64,000 nucleotides of DNA from Eledone cirrhosa (lineage: Eukaryota), in the NCBI GenBank assembly GCA_964016885.1, contig OZ024743.1, forward strand, positions 265,174,001 to 265,238,000. The letters are read 5' to 3'. The notes below the pieces were generated by a model, which was not told the DNA's origin, ran no database searches, and saw only the letters and a program-made list of their open reading frames with translations. Below, piece after piece: positions 12,948 through 29,800 of this stretch. Position numbers and translations under genes: made by a program. Within the stretch, counting starts at the first letter, position 1. Every line of letters starts with the position of its first letter.

Positions 12948-13046
12948 GTGAGACATGATATGAAGGTTAAAAATCACTTGTAAATCAACACATATTTAAA
13001 TCAACATATGTTGATTTAAAACTGCACTATTCACAAATGTGTATAT

Positions 13047-13245
<199 letters not shown>

Positions 13246-13279
13246 TTACAATAATCAAAGTTCAGTTTAAATCATTTAT

Positions 13280-13328
13280 TTGCTTATAATTGTTTCCTCC
13301 AAACCGAGGTTTGGATTCTTCGGAGCAA
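13280..13328 (-). ncRNA. Degenerate hammerhead downstream of the Naiad ORF fragment
   Basis: Minus strand: TTGCT-CCGAAGA-aTCCAAAC ctcg GTTTGGAg-GAAA-CAATTA-TA-AGCAA; U4 changed to C and a mismatch at the base of stem II. Confidence 0.6.
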
Positions 13329-13466
13329 CTATTTAGTGATCTATAACATACTTGACCACCTTTTCAACATAAGAGACATATAAAAACACATGTACATATT
13401 GACACACAGTGGGATGACATCCATCAAAATGATATAGCATGGCAATTTACATATAAATGTTAAAGG

Positions 13467-13540
13467 ATAAAAATAAAAATAAAAATAAAAATAAAAATAA
13501 AAATAAAAATAAAAATAAAAATAAAAATAAAAATAAAAAT
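13467..13540. repeat. (TAAAAA)n hexamer microsatellite
   Basis: Directly visible. Confidence 0.9.
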
Positions 13541-13993
13541 GAAGCATTGGCAGTTTGTGAAGATAAAGCAAGAGGAAAGTTTAGAGTAGTCAGTGTATGA
13601 AACAATCTCACGTGTAGCATGCACGCGTGTCCTATATATACAGGATTAGAGTGCGTCAGATTGTTACCTGCAGGGTCAGGCAGTTGAAGCAGGCAATCGT
13701 TATTATTATGTGGGCTGAATTATTAAATCATTTTTTCGCATACACCTGTATGATATACAGTCCCGAATGTAGACAAACACCAAAATATCAAAAATATCAA
13801 ACATATTATAAAACATATTATATCGTAGGCAAAACAGTATCACTGTCTTCGCGCACACCACCACTCACATAATCCATGAGACGCAATATATAGACCACGG
13901 TTCTATCATATGATCCACGATGGTTCAGCATATAACCAAGTTATAAACCGTATCTTGTCGATTCTTAATTAATAGAATCTTGTCGATTATTAA

Positions 13994-14400
13994 TTAAGTA
14001 ATAGCGTTATGGGCCAAGTGACTGTAAGTAGTGTTGTCGACTTTGTAAATATTATTGGTTTTGTCAGAAAGAACGAAAGTGTTATTAGAATACCTAAATT
14101 TCTTAATATCCTTTCTAAGTTTAGTTTGAAAGGTGTTGGGGTGTTTGCGAAAGGAAATGTTAGCGACTAAGTCAAGAAGGTCCACCTCGAAAGGAGCAAG
14201 TTCAGTTACCTTAGGAGGGTCGGCACTCGATTTCAGGTTGAAGGTGTTACTGGTGCCTGTAATTTTGCCGTCAAAGGCTAGGGCTCGCCATCTTAAGCGT
14301 CTGACGACATCTTCCGCTTTTTGTAGGCGAAGCTTTTGGTAAAGGTGGTTGGAGGGAGTGGGAATATTCTTCAGGGAGTAATCCAGTTCGTATAAATCCA
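13994..14400 (-). pseudogene. N-terminal part of a Naiad-like PLE ORF, truncated after the DKT motif
   Basis: MDLYELDYSLKNIPTP...E.VVRRLRWRA...ELAPFE.DL..L...I.FR....FQ..L..DI...SDKTNNIYKV. DK(G/T)N is the PLE N-terminal hallmark. Confidence 0.8.
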
Positions 14401-16699
14401 TTCTGACGTTAATAAGACACAAAATTGTGTAGGACACGAGGATATAGAGTACGCTCACAGGGTAGGAAGCCAAACTCGCGCATGATGAAGAATCTGCTAA
14501 AAGCTAAACTTCCACGTACTGAAAAGAATCTGCTGACCGGCTGGAGACGTATATAGAGGCAGTACACTACTTTCTCAGTTATCTCCCTTACACCACTCGC
14601 ACACAACTCTGTATTGCCTGGGTGAAGTGACAATTTCTGCGCATGCGCGTCCCACACGTTGTCCTTGCTGTTCCGTATCACCATGTCCTTTACGAGCTGA
14701 GGTTGAAACAATTGTTTTCGGTATGGTGAACTAACTGTTGTGTAACCACTTCTACCTATTTCGTCTCATGCTCTACCACTACGGATATTACCTTCCAGTG
14801 TACTACCTTTTCTCTCTCTCTATATATATATATATACATACATATGTTACATATACATACATGAATGTGTGTTCGTATGCGAGTATGTGTTTGAGTGTGT
14901 GTGTGTATGTATGTGTGTATGTATGTTTTTGTGGGGAGGAGAGGGTTATATGTTAGAATGGCCAGTAGAAAGATTGCATACATTCTGGAGCCGGGACACG
15001 TCCGATGCAGCTTCCTTTTCACCAGCGTAGTCTAGGTGCTGTTAACATCCATTTATTTGAGAATTGCAATGTTGCTAACGAAGCCACTCCAGGGGATGTT
15101 GTTGATGATGAGATCGCAACACTGGTGGAAGTGCTCAAGGTGTAATATATGATATTACGTTACTCACAGCTCACTAATATATATACAATAATATTAGTCA
15201 TACAAGAGACTACACGTGGGAGGAACTTAATCTTCAATGTACTGTAGGGTTTCCATATTTTAAAAAAATAATACCTAAATTACGTAAGAGCAGAAATGTA
15301 TTACAAAGAACATATTCTGTAAAATGTCTTTTATCTGTGAAGTACAATTTATTGCAACCCCTTGCACGTATTTCATTTGATTGTATCTATGTGTGTTGCA
15401 TTTAAATAACATGATTTCATTATAGATTGTGATTTCCTCATGAATACAGCTTGATTTTTTGGTGAAAAGGGTCTTCGTAATTTTGCTTGCATGATTTAAA
15501 TTCTGGTTTACAAGCCGATATTTAATTTGTGAATATCTGTGTTTTTGTTGTAAAAATGTCCTGTCAATCCATTTGAATGATCTGCATCTGTGTACATATG
15601 TTTCAGTTTTCTTGTTGAAAAGCATTTATAAATGTAATATATGTTGAGCTAATGTTTATTGTAAAGAAAGGCGCAGCATGAGTATAACATATTTATGTAA
15701 TAGAATATGTGTAACAAGATCATAAAATACAGTATCTTCTCAAATACCTAAGAAAAATATCCACTTTCTACTACAAATTTTTATCTAAAAATGAAAGTAG
15801 TGTTGTTGAAGCCATGTTAATTACTAGACGTGTATACAAGAATGACATCTTACATTTAACACAAGCTAACACAGTAGAAGCGCGCACAAGATCCGAAAAG
15901 AAAGTTTTATGTTAAGAAACCGTCTAAAGATAAAAACAGTAACGAATGTTTGGAAATTAAAAACAAATAATAAAAGTATTTCAGAAATTGAACTAAAATA
16001 ACTCATCGTAGTATATATACTGAATAAACTCTCGCAAACCAACAGAAACTAACATCTAACACATACGCGCACAAAAATACATGATCTTTTGCAACACAAA
16101 TATATATCTTCGTCCGGAGGAAACGAACAAAACGCAGAACGGATGGATGCTCAAAAATAATTAATATACCTGAAGAAAATGGATGGCATACGAACAGAAC
16201 ATGTAATCACAACAGAATAGCGGAGAAAATTAGTAGGAATGTAGGTGATGAAAACTAGAGAATAACAATGACTTGTATTCCTAAGGTAAGCATGGAAATG
16301 TTTATTTATTTTATTATCTAATCTTTTTTCTGTTCAGGGTTTCGTCAACGCCAAGACTCATTATTATAGTTCCTGAATAATGACATTGACATTTTGGAAT
16401 AATATAGCAGATTGATAATGCTATAAGTTTTCTTCGGATTTGTTATGAATTTTTATTTTTCCATTTTTGAAGATATGCTGTCACTGTGTTAGTCTATTGT
16501 CTTTCAAATATACAACATCCCATTTTCTTACCGTAGCACTTTTTACAACACTTCAAAATAGTTAGCTTCACGGAAATATACTCTCAGCATCAAATATAAT
16601 AACATACACCTGAATGGAATAAGCGAAGAAAAATCCAATACTGAAATGAAGAAAATCGAATACTGATATCTTCTGTCGAATTGTGGGGACCACAATATA

Positions 16700-17732
16700 T
16701 TTCAGAGCTAACATTATTTGGATTTGCTACTACATGGTCAGCCTCTTGTTGCCCTGATGTCTTTATATGAATACCCAAGTATTTGTGTTCGGATAACTGG
16801 TGCTAAATCGAAATTAATCCATGTTGCGGTCGGCCTCCACCTAGAATGCGTACTGTCACCTCTCTTGTTCATTATTTTAATGAACAGGATGGACATGTGC
16901 AGCCGGGTTGAAAGTGCTATCACGACTGGCAGGTGTGAAATCAGTGGGCTGGAATTTGTAGAACTCGACAGGTGATCTCTGACGTGTGCATGATACGTTG
17001 CAAGCCGAATGCTGCATGGCTGGAATAAAAATTAGTGCTGCGAAAACTGAGACATTCGCCATCTCGAGAAAGCATGTGCAGTGCACTCTACACATGAAGG
17101 AGTTTCACTGAAGCAGTTGGAGAAATTGAAGTATCTGGGGGCCATGCTTGTGAGTGATGGAAGCCATAAGGCTGAATTAAGTTTAAGAATTGCAGGAGCT
17201 CTTGCAGTAATGCGCCAGCTTCAGCATTTGATCATCAGAAGAAGGGACGTAGTTGTAAAACCCTAAATCGTTAACTTTAATTCGGTATTCATGCCAACCC
17301 ATACCCAAAGTATGAATCTTGGGTAATGACCGAAAGAAGAAAAGCGACCGAAATGTTGTTCCTCCGAAGGGTATTAGTGGTAAGGTTAGTCGATAATGTG
17401 CATAGCTCGGAAATCAAAGAGTCACACCAGGTATAGCCGCTACTTCTTTAAATTGGGAGATCACAGCTCTGATACCAAGGGCAGGTTGTTATAATGTCGC
17501 AAGAAAGAATCACTGGGCAGTTGATTTTACGGTCAAAATCAACCTGCAGAAGACACAGGAGCAGACCTCGAACAAGATGTTTGGATATCATCCATGCGCT
17601 CAGCTGGTTTTGCTTGGGTATCCAGCCAGATCAGTTGGAAATGGTTGCTTTTGACAGAACACGCTGGAATGAGTGTTTTAGGACTCTGACCCCACCACCC
17701 TCCCAGGAATAAGTGGTCTAAGAAGAAGAAAG
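16700..17732 (+). pseudogene. Decayed RTE-like LINE 3' half
   Basis: GLHLECVLSPLLFII (RT motif), LKQLEKLKYLG, RSRPRTRCLD; multiple frameshifts; (AAG)n-like tail at 17720-17732. Confidence 0.8.
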
Positions 17733-18644
17733 ATGTATGTACACAAGTTCACCGCTTCTTTTTGGCACAAAAAGAGTAAATGATAAATGCACACCTGTTC
17801 GATATTTGTAGAATCTGTTTTGAATTATATTTTGGTAAATAGATTATTTCCGTTTTCTTAAAACTATCTTGTGGTTGTCGTTAATCAGCTGTGCTCATCA
17901 GCAATTCTGAACTCACATAGGTGTATATTTCAATGTCTAGATATTCGTGTTTATGCTTACCATTGTAAACTAGGGCATCGAGTTGCATCCCTTAATATGT
18001 AACTGTTTAGCTTTGTCATTCGATAAATAATTGATTAAATAATTACGAGACTAAGTCGATATTTTCGACTGAAATCCCTTAAGACACCTCCCTCCACACA
18101 ACCACCACCAAGAAAAGTGTTTGAATAATTAAATAACAAAATATTAAAATGTTTGACAGTGCTGAAATAAAATTAACTTATAGGCATTTTGTAGTTTGAA
18201 ATAATTGCATTGACAATTCTTTAGAGAGATCAAGAAGAATTATCACAGTGGAAGATAGACGAACATCGAGAGAAATGCGTTCATATAGTGAGAACATATG
18301 GACGAAAAATATATTACTCGAGGAATAAGAAAAACCTACAGAAAAATAAAAAAACGAAAAATATGAAGGAAAGTGAAAAGGCGAAAAAAGATTACAACAA
18401 TCACCAGCTATAATAACTAATGGTACATTTATCAGCAAAATACTGATATAAACAAAAACGTTCAGGCAACTGATGAAATGGTTTTATACTACCTGTTAAA
18501 TTACCAGACACATGTATATAAATATATATATGTAGTCTTCAAATTTATTATTAGTACTATATATATAGTAATAATAACAAATGTGAAGATTACAATCCAA
18601 TAATATATATATATATCATATATATATCATATCATATATATTAT

Positions 18645-18685
<41 letters not shown>

Positions 18686-19206
18686 TTTTTCTCGCGAGTC
18701 AGTTCTTTCTTTGCTACGGTCCCCGCGGCTGAATTACCGGTCGCTATCTTCAAATTGCAAAGCCCTTTAACCTATATGTTATTACTCTATGATTTGATAC
18801 CTTATCGAGTGCTTGGCTGTACTCCTGAATGCATTCGTCGGCTTAGCTGCGGCTCGAGTTTCGAATATTCTGTACTTCTATTTGTATTATATACCATATA
18901 TATATATATAATATCCGTATCATATATATATCTATATATCATATCATATATATATATATATCATATCATGTATATATATATATATATATATCATATCATA
19001 TCATATCATATCTATATATCATATCATGTATATATATATATATATATATCATATCATATCATATCATATCTATATATCATATCATGTATATATATATATA
19101 TCATATCATATCATATCATATCTATATATATATATATATATATCATATCATATCATATCATATCTATATATATATATATATATCATATATATATATATAT
19201 ATATAT

Positions 19207-19241
<35 letters not shown>

Positions 19242-19277
19242 TATATATATATCATATATATATATATATATATATAT

Positions 19278-19318
<41 letters not shown>

Positions 19319-19341
19319 TGTATATATATATATATATATAT

Positions 19342-19371
<30 letters not shown>

Positions 19372-19376
<5 letters not shown>

Positions 19377-19788
19377 TATGAAGAGAGAAGAAACATTTAG
19401 ATATAATTAGTAATAAAATGTATCATACCTAAACTGCTCCTAAATTCCTCGACTACGTAGTTTCGTGGCATAAACAAAAACAATATATCATAAAGATATA
19501 GAGTCCCTTAGAGGCTTAGCTCTGTTTCTCGACCGTTATATCGCGTGACTATCTCCCCCTCCGCCTTTTGGGATTCTTTCTCACGTCGTGTAGACGCGTT
19601 CTTGAGACTAGTAAAATGAGGTATCCTCTTGATAAGTCGGCAGACCTCGCAGGGACTCTATATCTTTATGATATATTGTTTTTGTTTATGCCACGAAACT
19701 ACGTAGTCGAGGAATTTAGGAGCAGTTTAGGTATGATACATTTTATTACTAATTATATCTAAATGTTTCTTCTCTTTTAATAATGTAT
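19372..19788. mobile_element. Fold-back mini-element (arms 19372-19508 and 19651-19788) with HHR
   Basis: Near-perfect inverted arms between TA tracts. Confidence 0.82.
19624..19713 (+). ncRNA. Type I hammerhead, U3-A8 core variant
   Basis: TCCTC-TTGATAA-GTcGGCA...TGCCAC-GAAA-CTACGTAG-TC-GAGGA; GUC triplet, palindromic stem III, long loop II. Confidence 0.7.
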
Positions 19789-19954
19789 TTTTAACTCTGA
19801 TACTGGTTCAGTCTAGTTCAACTGGATTGGTCTGTCCCGGTCATTCATGGAGCAACATCGGTGAAGTTGGCACCCTTAACTCACAGTTGGGTGCGGATGC
19901 ATTCATGTATATATGTGTGTGTCCGCATGTATCTGTGTGTTTCTAAATATATTG

Positions 19955-22331
<2,377 letters not shown>

Positions 22332-22402
22332 ATATAAAGTAAGTAGGTAGAATCATTGATTGAGATATAGACAGATGCTTACATAGACAGCAAAATAAAT
22401 AT

Positions 22403-22840
22403 ATAGTAGAAAGACCAGGTACCTCCATAAAAACCCTTATTAGCAATACATACCCTTTTCAAAGACCTCCCTATATAGATAAGAAATGCATAATCTGTAA
22501 ACTAAGCCCCCATATTAACTGTAAAAGAACTAGAAATGTAGTATATAGCATAATATGTACTGAAGGACAATGTAAAGATAAGAATATAGTGTACATAGGT
22601 GAGACAGCTCGTAGTATAGGAGAACGGTTAAATGAACACTGGCGAGAGCTTCAAGATAAAAAAAAGAATCATAAATACTCCACCAACATGCTAAAATAGA
22701 ACATAAGGGCAAATTAGAGAACATAGAAATAAAAATAGAATCTACACACAGAAAAGACGCAATGTTTAGACAAATCACAGAGGCAATAAACATAAATGAA
22801 CTCCAACCAAAATTAAATAGAAAACATGAATGGTATAGCA
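22403..22840 (+). pseudogene. GIY-YIG endonuclease of a PLE, missed by the ORF track
   Basis: IVERPGTSIKTL...CIIC...C..RNVVYSIIC...C....VYIGETARSIGERLNEH(fs)...HQH....H...RQITEAINI......LNRKHEW. Confidence 0.85.
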
Positions 22841-23056
22841 ACATCACAACTTACAATTAAGGACTAAATGAATAAACACACACATAGAATAAACAACCAA
22901 CCAGTAACATATAAATAAACAAATAAATAAACAAATAAAAACACACACAGACACCCGGATGTAACACATGCGCAAACTAAGCACACAACACACACAACAA
23001 CAAGATGGCGTAGGACAGAACAAAGGAGAGGCACAAAACAAAGAAAATAATCCCCA

Positions 23057-23099
23057 GTCACTGAAGAGGTCACAGAATGTGTGACGAAATAACTTTGAC
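23057..23099 (+). ncRNA. Minimal hammerhead with one extra nucleotide after A9
   Basis: GTCA-CTGAAGA-g-GTCACA gaatg TGTGAC-GAAA-TAAC-TT-TGAC. Confidence 0.72.
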
Positions 23100-23564
23100 A
23101 ATATATAAACAATTGTCCGGTTGTGGGACCAACCAACCAACCGGAAATTTATAAATTCTTAAATTTATAAATTTAATTTATGATAAATTGAAGTGAAGCA
23201 TCTGGTGCGTGTGCTTCTTATTAGCAACATGACTCTCCCAAAGTATAACAATATCGGTTTCAACACACATTTTCAGATAAAGAATATTGCTAAACAAATT
23301 CAGAAACGAAATATATATAAAAGCTATAGCAAAAACATTCAAGGAATTTCAAAACAGACTAAAAACATCAATGGCTGATTATTTGCCTGGAAAAACAATA
23401 TTAATTCCTAGAAATAAAACATCAGAGACGCCAAAGCAACTTACCAATAAGATGTTTAGCAAAAGAATATTCATCTCTGACATGAATATCTAAGAAAAGG
23501 CATGGTGCCCTCATGGAAGATAATATTTTTTATTTGGGTAGCAGAGAAGGGGAAACGAAAGGCA

Positions 23565-23700
<136 letters not shown>

Positions 23701-25672
23701 AAAAACTTACCAGTAAATCAAGAAACTTTTGGCGACATTCGATAAATAAATCTAATAATCTAAATAGAAACTTACTTCGAATTGATTACTGAAAACAATA
23801 GGGCAGATAGACACTGTAGATAAACGAAGTAGCTCCAATACACAGACAAATTCAATCTTTTTTGTTTCAGTTGTTCTTCTTTTCTTTTACCTTTTATTTT
23901 TCGTTTTCTCTACCGATCATTTGATCAGATGACAGGCCTATATCTAAAATCTTTAAAATATTTCCAATTTTATGGGTGTTTGCTTAATAACAATGACATT
24001 TATCTCCCATCGTTTCAACAGCATATAACTTCAACGTTCGGTAGAATATCTACTTTAACATTAACACTACCCACTTAGGAAATAAATAAATACTAAATTA
24101 TAAATAAAAACAGGGGCTTAATATTAAGATGACCTGTCACTACCTATACAGGTAAAAATTAAAAGTTCTAAGCAATCTTTATAAAACTATATTAACACCG
24201 CACACACAGAAGTAAAAAATCGCTTGTACGGTGTATAACTGAATGAAAAAAATGTTTTTCTCCAGTGAGTAGATTTATAAGAATATAGGAAGAAATAGAG
24301 CTCACCATGCTTAATTGTTTGATTTAAGGTGTTTAATGAAATGTGAATATATATCTACCTCTACCTCCCCCTCATCATCAACCACTGACCACCAAATATG
24401 TTTATCACTATCATATTACCCACTAGTAGGAATCAACTGAACCCTTTCATTTGATTTACACAATCCTGTTTTTTTCTCAAGAAATTCTATTTCTCATTAA
24501 ATAATTTTCAAGTAAACAACTTAATCCATCCTCACTCTACGTATTGATATGTACCCATTCATCTCATTTACCCTATACTTCATCATCATCATCATCACTA
24601 TCTCCATCTAAACCCGAATTTTTTCCCCCTCTTACTACATCCTACCATCGTCATCACCACGAACTTCCTGTTCCTTATTTTCTAAAAAGTTTCTTTCTTG
24701 TCTTGATATAACTCCCCTCACAATAGTGGTATTGGAGTGCGCCAGGTCTACACACTCAAGGGGGTGGGTGGGGTGGAGATCCGAGCATTCGATCAGTATG
24801 TGTGCTACAGGCAAACTGCTAATGGCAGCAGACCACAGTTATCTATGGCTGTACTGAATCGGCCGACACCGCCGCGTAACGTATTCGTGGACACCTACTC
24901 CCTCCGAAAGAGTTTAGCGCTTGGTCGGAGCGCTGTATTAGGTTTGGCATTGAGTTGGGCCGGTCGAGATGCTTGTTGCCAGCTAGCTCTGAAGCATGAT
25001 GAAATTTAAGTTCGAAGCTTTGCTGCGTGACGAGAGAAAGAATAATGTTAATCAAATAGCTGAGAATCATGTTATGGCCTTGGTTATCAACCTGTGTGCG
25101 TGGTGCTCCCTATGAAAGAGTGCAGGGGCAATGCTTGAGAGCACAAGTAGATAATCAGTTGGTGTAGGGCGGTTTTGTTCAGGACTCTATCTAGTTTCTT
25201 ATTATGGGATAACCTACGCCAGAAAGTACTGGTGTACTCTGCAGCACTGTAGACGAAGGCCAGTGCACTGGAACGTAAGTTGGACGTGCTAGGACAGCTA
25301 AGTAAGGTAGAAGGTTGTTGCCTGTGGACACCTTTGCACTAAGCCACAAACAAAGCTCTATATCAATGGTCAGGAGAGGTTTATATGAGTAAGACTAACT
25401 TAATATTGTCTGTTTCGATTAAGTTACCATTAAGTTTCTTTGTCTTTCTTTTTTTCTTGCTTAAATTCAATATGCAATATTGCTTCTCTGAATGATTTCT
25501 TATCTATATATTCTATCCATTCGTTGAGATGTTTAAGTAGTAGAGACTAATAACATTTTAATTAATATATACGTATAAATATATATATGTGTGTGTGTGT
25601 GCGTGTATGTGTGTGTGTATGTATATATATATATATTTATTAAAATTACAGATTAAAGAAGAAATATACACG

Positions 25673-25709
<37 letters not shown>

Positions 25710-26195
25710 TTAAAACAATAACAGAGATAGCTTAAAGCTAAACTCTGACTGGTAACCATCTCACTCAACAAACATTAGGTTATATGTTAGTATAAACCCA
25801 ATTTAAGTGTTTGCGGTGCTAACTATATGTATTATGTGGAAAGCCAGTTGTATTATTTTATGAGATATAATTAAAGTTAAAATATATCTCTCTTTCCAAA
25901 CAATTGTTTCATTATAAGTTTTCTACAAATTAGGAGAATTTTTCCAGTTTATGTAGAAGCCTAACATATATTCATGTAAGAATATATTTAGGTGGGAGCA
26001 TATAAATCATCAGTGGAAGCACATTAAACTTTGATATAAGAAAAAATTCTTACCGCAGTTAAAAATCGTGTCTGCTAAGCTGCTCCCTCACGAATCGAAT
26101 GACCGCCAAATTTGAAATTCCAGCAGTTTTTGACTGAGGAAGTATTATAGCGTCACGAAGCGGGAAGGGGAGACAACCAATACACGAGAAAAGAA

Positions 26196-26643
26196 AAAAT
26201 AATATTCACGCGGGTTAATTAGTTTTTTAAAAAAACATTATCAATCCAACGTGTTAAGAACTCAATTGAAATTAAAAAAATAAATGCATGCGTGTATTAA
26301 TTACACACGCATATAGATATTTTCTTAGGCTAAAAACAGAAGTCGTACCCGAATAACAAACCGCATTTCATAACCGTAGTAAATACGGAAAGTTACGCTT
26401 TAAAGGGCAATCGGGAATGTAAATCTCTGGCCGAATTAAGAGTAAAATATTAAATGTACGTGGGTTAATTAGTTATTTCAAAACCAATATCAATTCCACG
26501 TGTTAAGAACTCAATTAATTTTAAAAAAAAAAGTATGCATGTAATTATTTACACAGGCATATATATATTTTCTTAGGCTAAAAACAGAGAAGTGACAACC
26601 AAAAAACCATCATATCGCACAACAGTAATAAATACGGAAAGTC
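26196..26643. repeat. Two diverged direct repeats, ~200 bp aligned, ~250 bp period
   Basis: GGGTTAATTAGTT...CGTGTTAAGAACTCAATT...TTTTCTTAGGCTAAAAACAGA...AAATACGGAAAGT occurs at 26196-26394 and 26445-26643. Confidence 0.8.
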
Positions 26644-26739
26644 ATATTTATAAGGTACCTGGTAAACGGGCTTGCTCCGCCTTTGCCACGGGTTGGCCTG
26701 GTATTGCAGTATATCCAGGATTTGGCCCATCTCCTATTC

Positions 26740-26809
<70 letters not shown>

Positions 26810-26854
26810 GTGACGAAACTTAAGTCATTTGCATGAACTCATAATCTTTTATTT

Positions 26855-26910
26855 ACTGCTATATATATTTCGATGATAGCCATTGAATGGCTATGACCTC
26901 ATCAGGTAGT
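26855..26910 (-). ncRNA. Type I hammerhead ribozyme in an isolated ~165 bp insert within TA repeats
   Basis: Minus strand: ACTAC-CTGATGA-GGTcATAGCCAT tca ATGGCTATcATC-GAAA-TATATA-TA-GCAGT. Confidence 0.78.
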
Positions 26911-27043
26911 TAGTCAGTTCTTAGACATGCCAGCTCTGTGTTTATAGTGTTGATGGTATCAGAGCCTTGGGACATATATATATATATATATATATAGTTA
27001 AAAGAATAGAGGTGTAACACACAAGTTATTATATATTGGTAAA

Positions 27044-27095
<52 letters not shown>

Positions 27096-27138
27096 AAAGA
27101 ATAGAGGTGTAACACACAAGTTATTATATATTGGTAAA

Positions 27139-27216
<78 letters not shown>

Positions 27217-27319
27217 GTAAGGGGTGGGCAAGCAGGTGAAATCTGTGACAAAGTTACATCTGCATGCAAATACAAAGTGTGTAACCGAGACTGCACCCTC
27301 ACAATATTGAATATGTATA

Positions 27320-27373
<54 letters not shown>

Positions 27374-27376
<3 letters not shown>

Positions 27377-27526
27377 GTAAAATACCGTTATAAAGGATAC
27401 CATTATAACGAATCTTTCAATATAACAAATTTTTTTTTTTTAAGGATTGATCTCATTGTAAATAACTTTTCGTTGCACCGAATTTTTTTTATACCCCGTG
27501 ACTTTCGTGATAACGGAATTTCGCTG
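27374..27526. mobile_element. Tc1/mariner-pogo-like MITE
   Basis: TA-CAGGTAAAATACCGTTATA ... GATAACGGAATTTCGCTG-TA imperfect TIRs with TA flanks. Confidence 0.6.
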
Positions 27527-27530
27527 TATG

Positions 27531-27702
<172 letters not shown>

Positions 27703-27899
27703 ATCCCGTCTTAACTACCATTATTTGATATATATAACAATATCATGTTAGAAAGCAGAACATTAATAAAGCAGTGCACCAGAGAAAGAGAGATAGATAT
27801 ATAATAACATTCAAACTACTATATCTCTATTAGAAGAAACATCTTTTAACGTAATCCCGTTTACGCCAGTATTATTCTATCTAAATCTGACTACATTAA

Positions 27900-29800
27900 C
27901 GAATCTATTGAACAGAACCACTTAATGGTGGGACATAATTTAAATATTCTACTCAATATGGATGATAAAAGAAAACTATATACAAAAAACAATGCGCAGC
28001 TGGAGACCATACTAAAAGCTATACATTTATTCAGTACCGATATCAAACTGTGAATGGAATTTCATAAATGTGCCATAGTCTCTCTGCGAAGAGGAAAACT
28101 AATTAAACTATTTTGAAAATATCAACTTAGATATAGCCACTGAAAACGACGAATTAGAAAAAGTACGGACGATATAAGTATTTAAGTGAAGACATAAATA
28201 ATAATATTGAAAATATAGAAATGGAAAAAATACATTAAGTCGTGAATTTCACCTTGAATATAAATATATATGTCACAATCTCAACACAAAAATTAGAAAA
28301 CTATTCTTTGAATTCTGAACCTGCCATCTTTACATATAGTGAGTAATACAGACACCAGATGTGCAAGAAACCCATTGCGAATAGAGAGACATTGCAGAGT
28401 AATATTTTTTTTTAAAAGTAGGGTAGGTCTAGAAAAATGCACAGATGCCAGCAGTCGCAGATTTATTGCTTTAATAAAGCAGCATGTAAAACAAAATTGT
28501 CACACACTGGAATCTTAGTGCATTGTTAAAAACGTTTCCGGTAAAAATAAAACAATAGTTGATGCGAATAAAATAAAGTACAGAAAAAAATCAAAGCAGA
28601 ACTGAAACACAATTGATAAAGAAAATTAGAAGGAAAAACGTCTGTATGGTCAGTATTATGCAAGACTGGACAGATACAAAAATGAGCCAATATGAAAGCC
28701 AAGTCATTAAAGTCTCAAAAGCAGTGGGAATAACGCATAAACGGAAGCCAATCACACACTCACACGCAAACAAACAAACACATACACAGAAACTCTTACA
28801 AAATAAAATATAACCTGATACTAAAGATAAGAGCAGGCAGTCAATTTAATCTACACAAAGAAACAAACGACCAGATCTTTCTCAAACATTCTGCCATCGC
28901 AGTGATAGAATATGTATGTACAGACATAATTAGGTGGTGAGGAATTTTCCGTCGGTTTCGACCATGAGCATTCAGAATTTTGATCAATTGATAGTCCGAC
29001 TCCTCGAATTAACGTCTAATTGTACACGCTTAATATATTTCTAAGTTAGAATCAACATGAAACCCTATACTACAAAGCCGGGCATTTGGACTAAGGCACA
29101 AACCATTCGGTGGTCTTACGCAGTTTGGAATCGAACTCAGAAAATTATAACTAGGAATGAAATTCTTAACTACAAAAGTGTTAGACTCAATCCATTACAC
29201 ATTTTAAACTCATTACGACATTCTGTCCCACGTTTGCCTTTAACGGAGTTCATATTTTTTTAAGAATTTGCGCCCGATCTCTATTTTGAGGTAGGTTATC
29301 TAATTTTCTACCCACTAGCCAAGAACCTCATAGAAAGTCAAAGATGCCGCCCTTCTCCATCTACCTAAGCCACGAGGAAATATATGAAATAAGACGTCTG
29401 TGTAATGGCTATATCAATTGAGCAATATTCCTAGATTTTCACAAAACTGAAAATAAAAAAATATAGAGCGCACTAAATGTGGTATGTGGCAATGACATGA
29501 ATATGATAATTTGCGACATTCCTCGCAAGACCAAAAAGAAGATCAAAATGAACCACCAATTTGACATAGTGTAAGACAGGAAACAGCAACGTATGTACTC
29601 TCATAGTCATCTGATCCATTCCGACCGAAATATCGTCCGGAAGGAAGTCGAAAATGTATCAAAGCACAATGAACTCGAAATGGAAATAAGTAAGCTGGGA
29701 GTAAAATTATACCATATATAATTGGTTCACTGGGTACAATGAAAAGAATATAAACAAAAACAGAAACAGCATACCAGTGCTAACAACTTAAACAATATCC
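27900..29800 (+). pseudogene. Highly decayed R4/Dong-like non-LTR retrotransposon (RT and RLE remnants)
   Basis: ILLNMDD..KLY...QLETILKAIHLFSTDI...KCAIVSLRRGKL at 27940-28100, YKYL near 28174, and an RLE-like NIVRKEVE..SK.NELEMEI..IPYIIGSLG at 29625-29740. Confidence 0.65.

Larger units (their letters stand above)
22331..23312 (+). mobile_element. 5'-truncated PLE (Nematis-like): GIY-YIG remnant, 3' UTR with HHR, terminus TTCAGAAACGAAA
   Basis: See the pseudogene and HHR entries; the 3' region is shared with 37295-37583 and 51855-52192. Confidence 0.85.
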
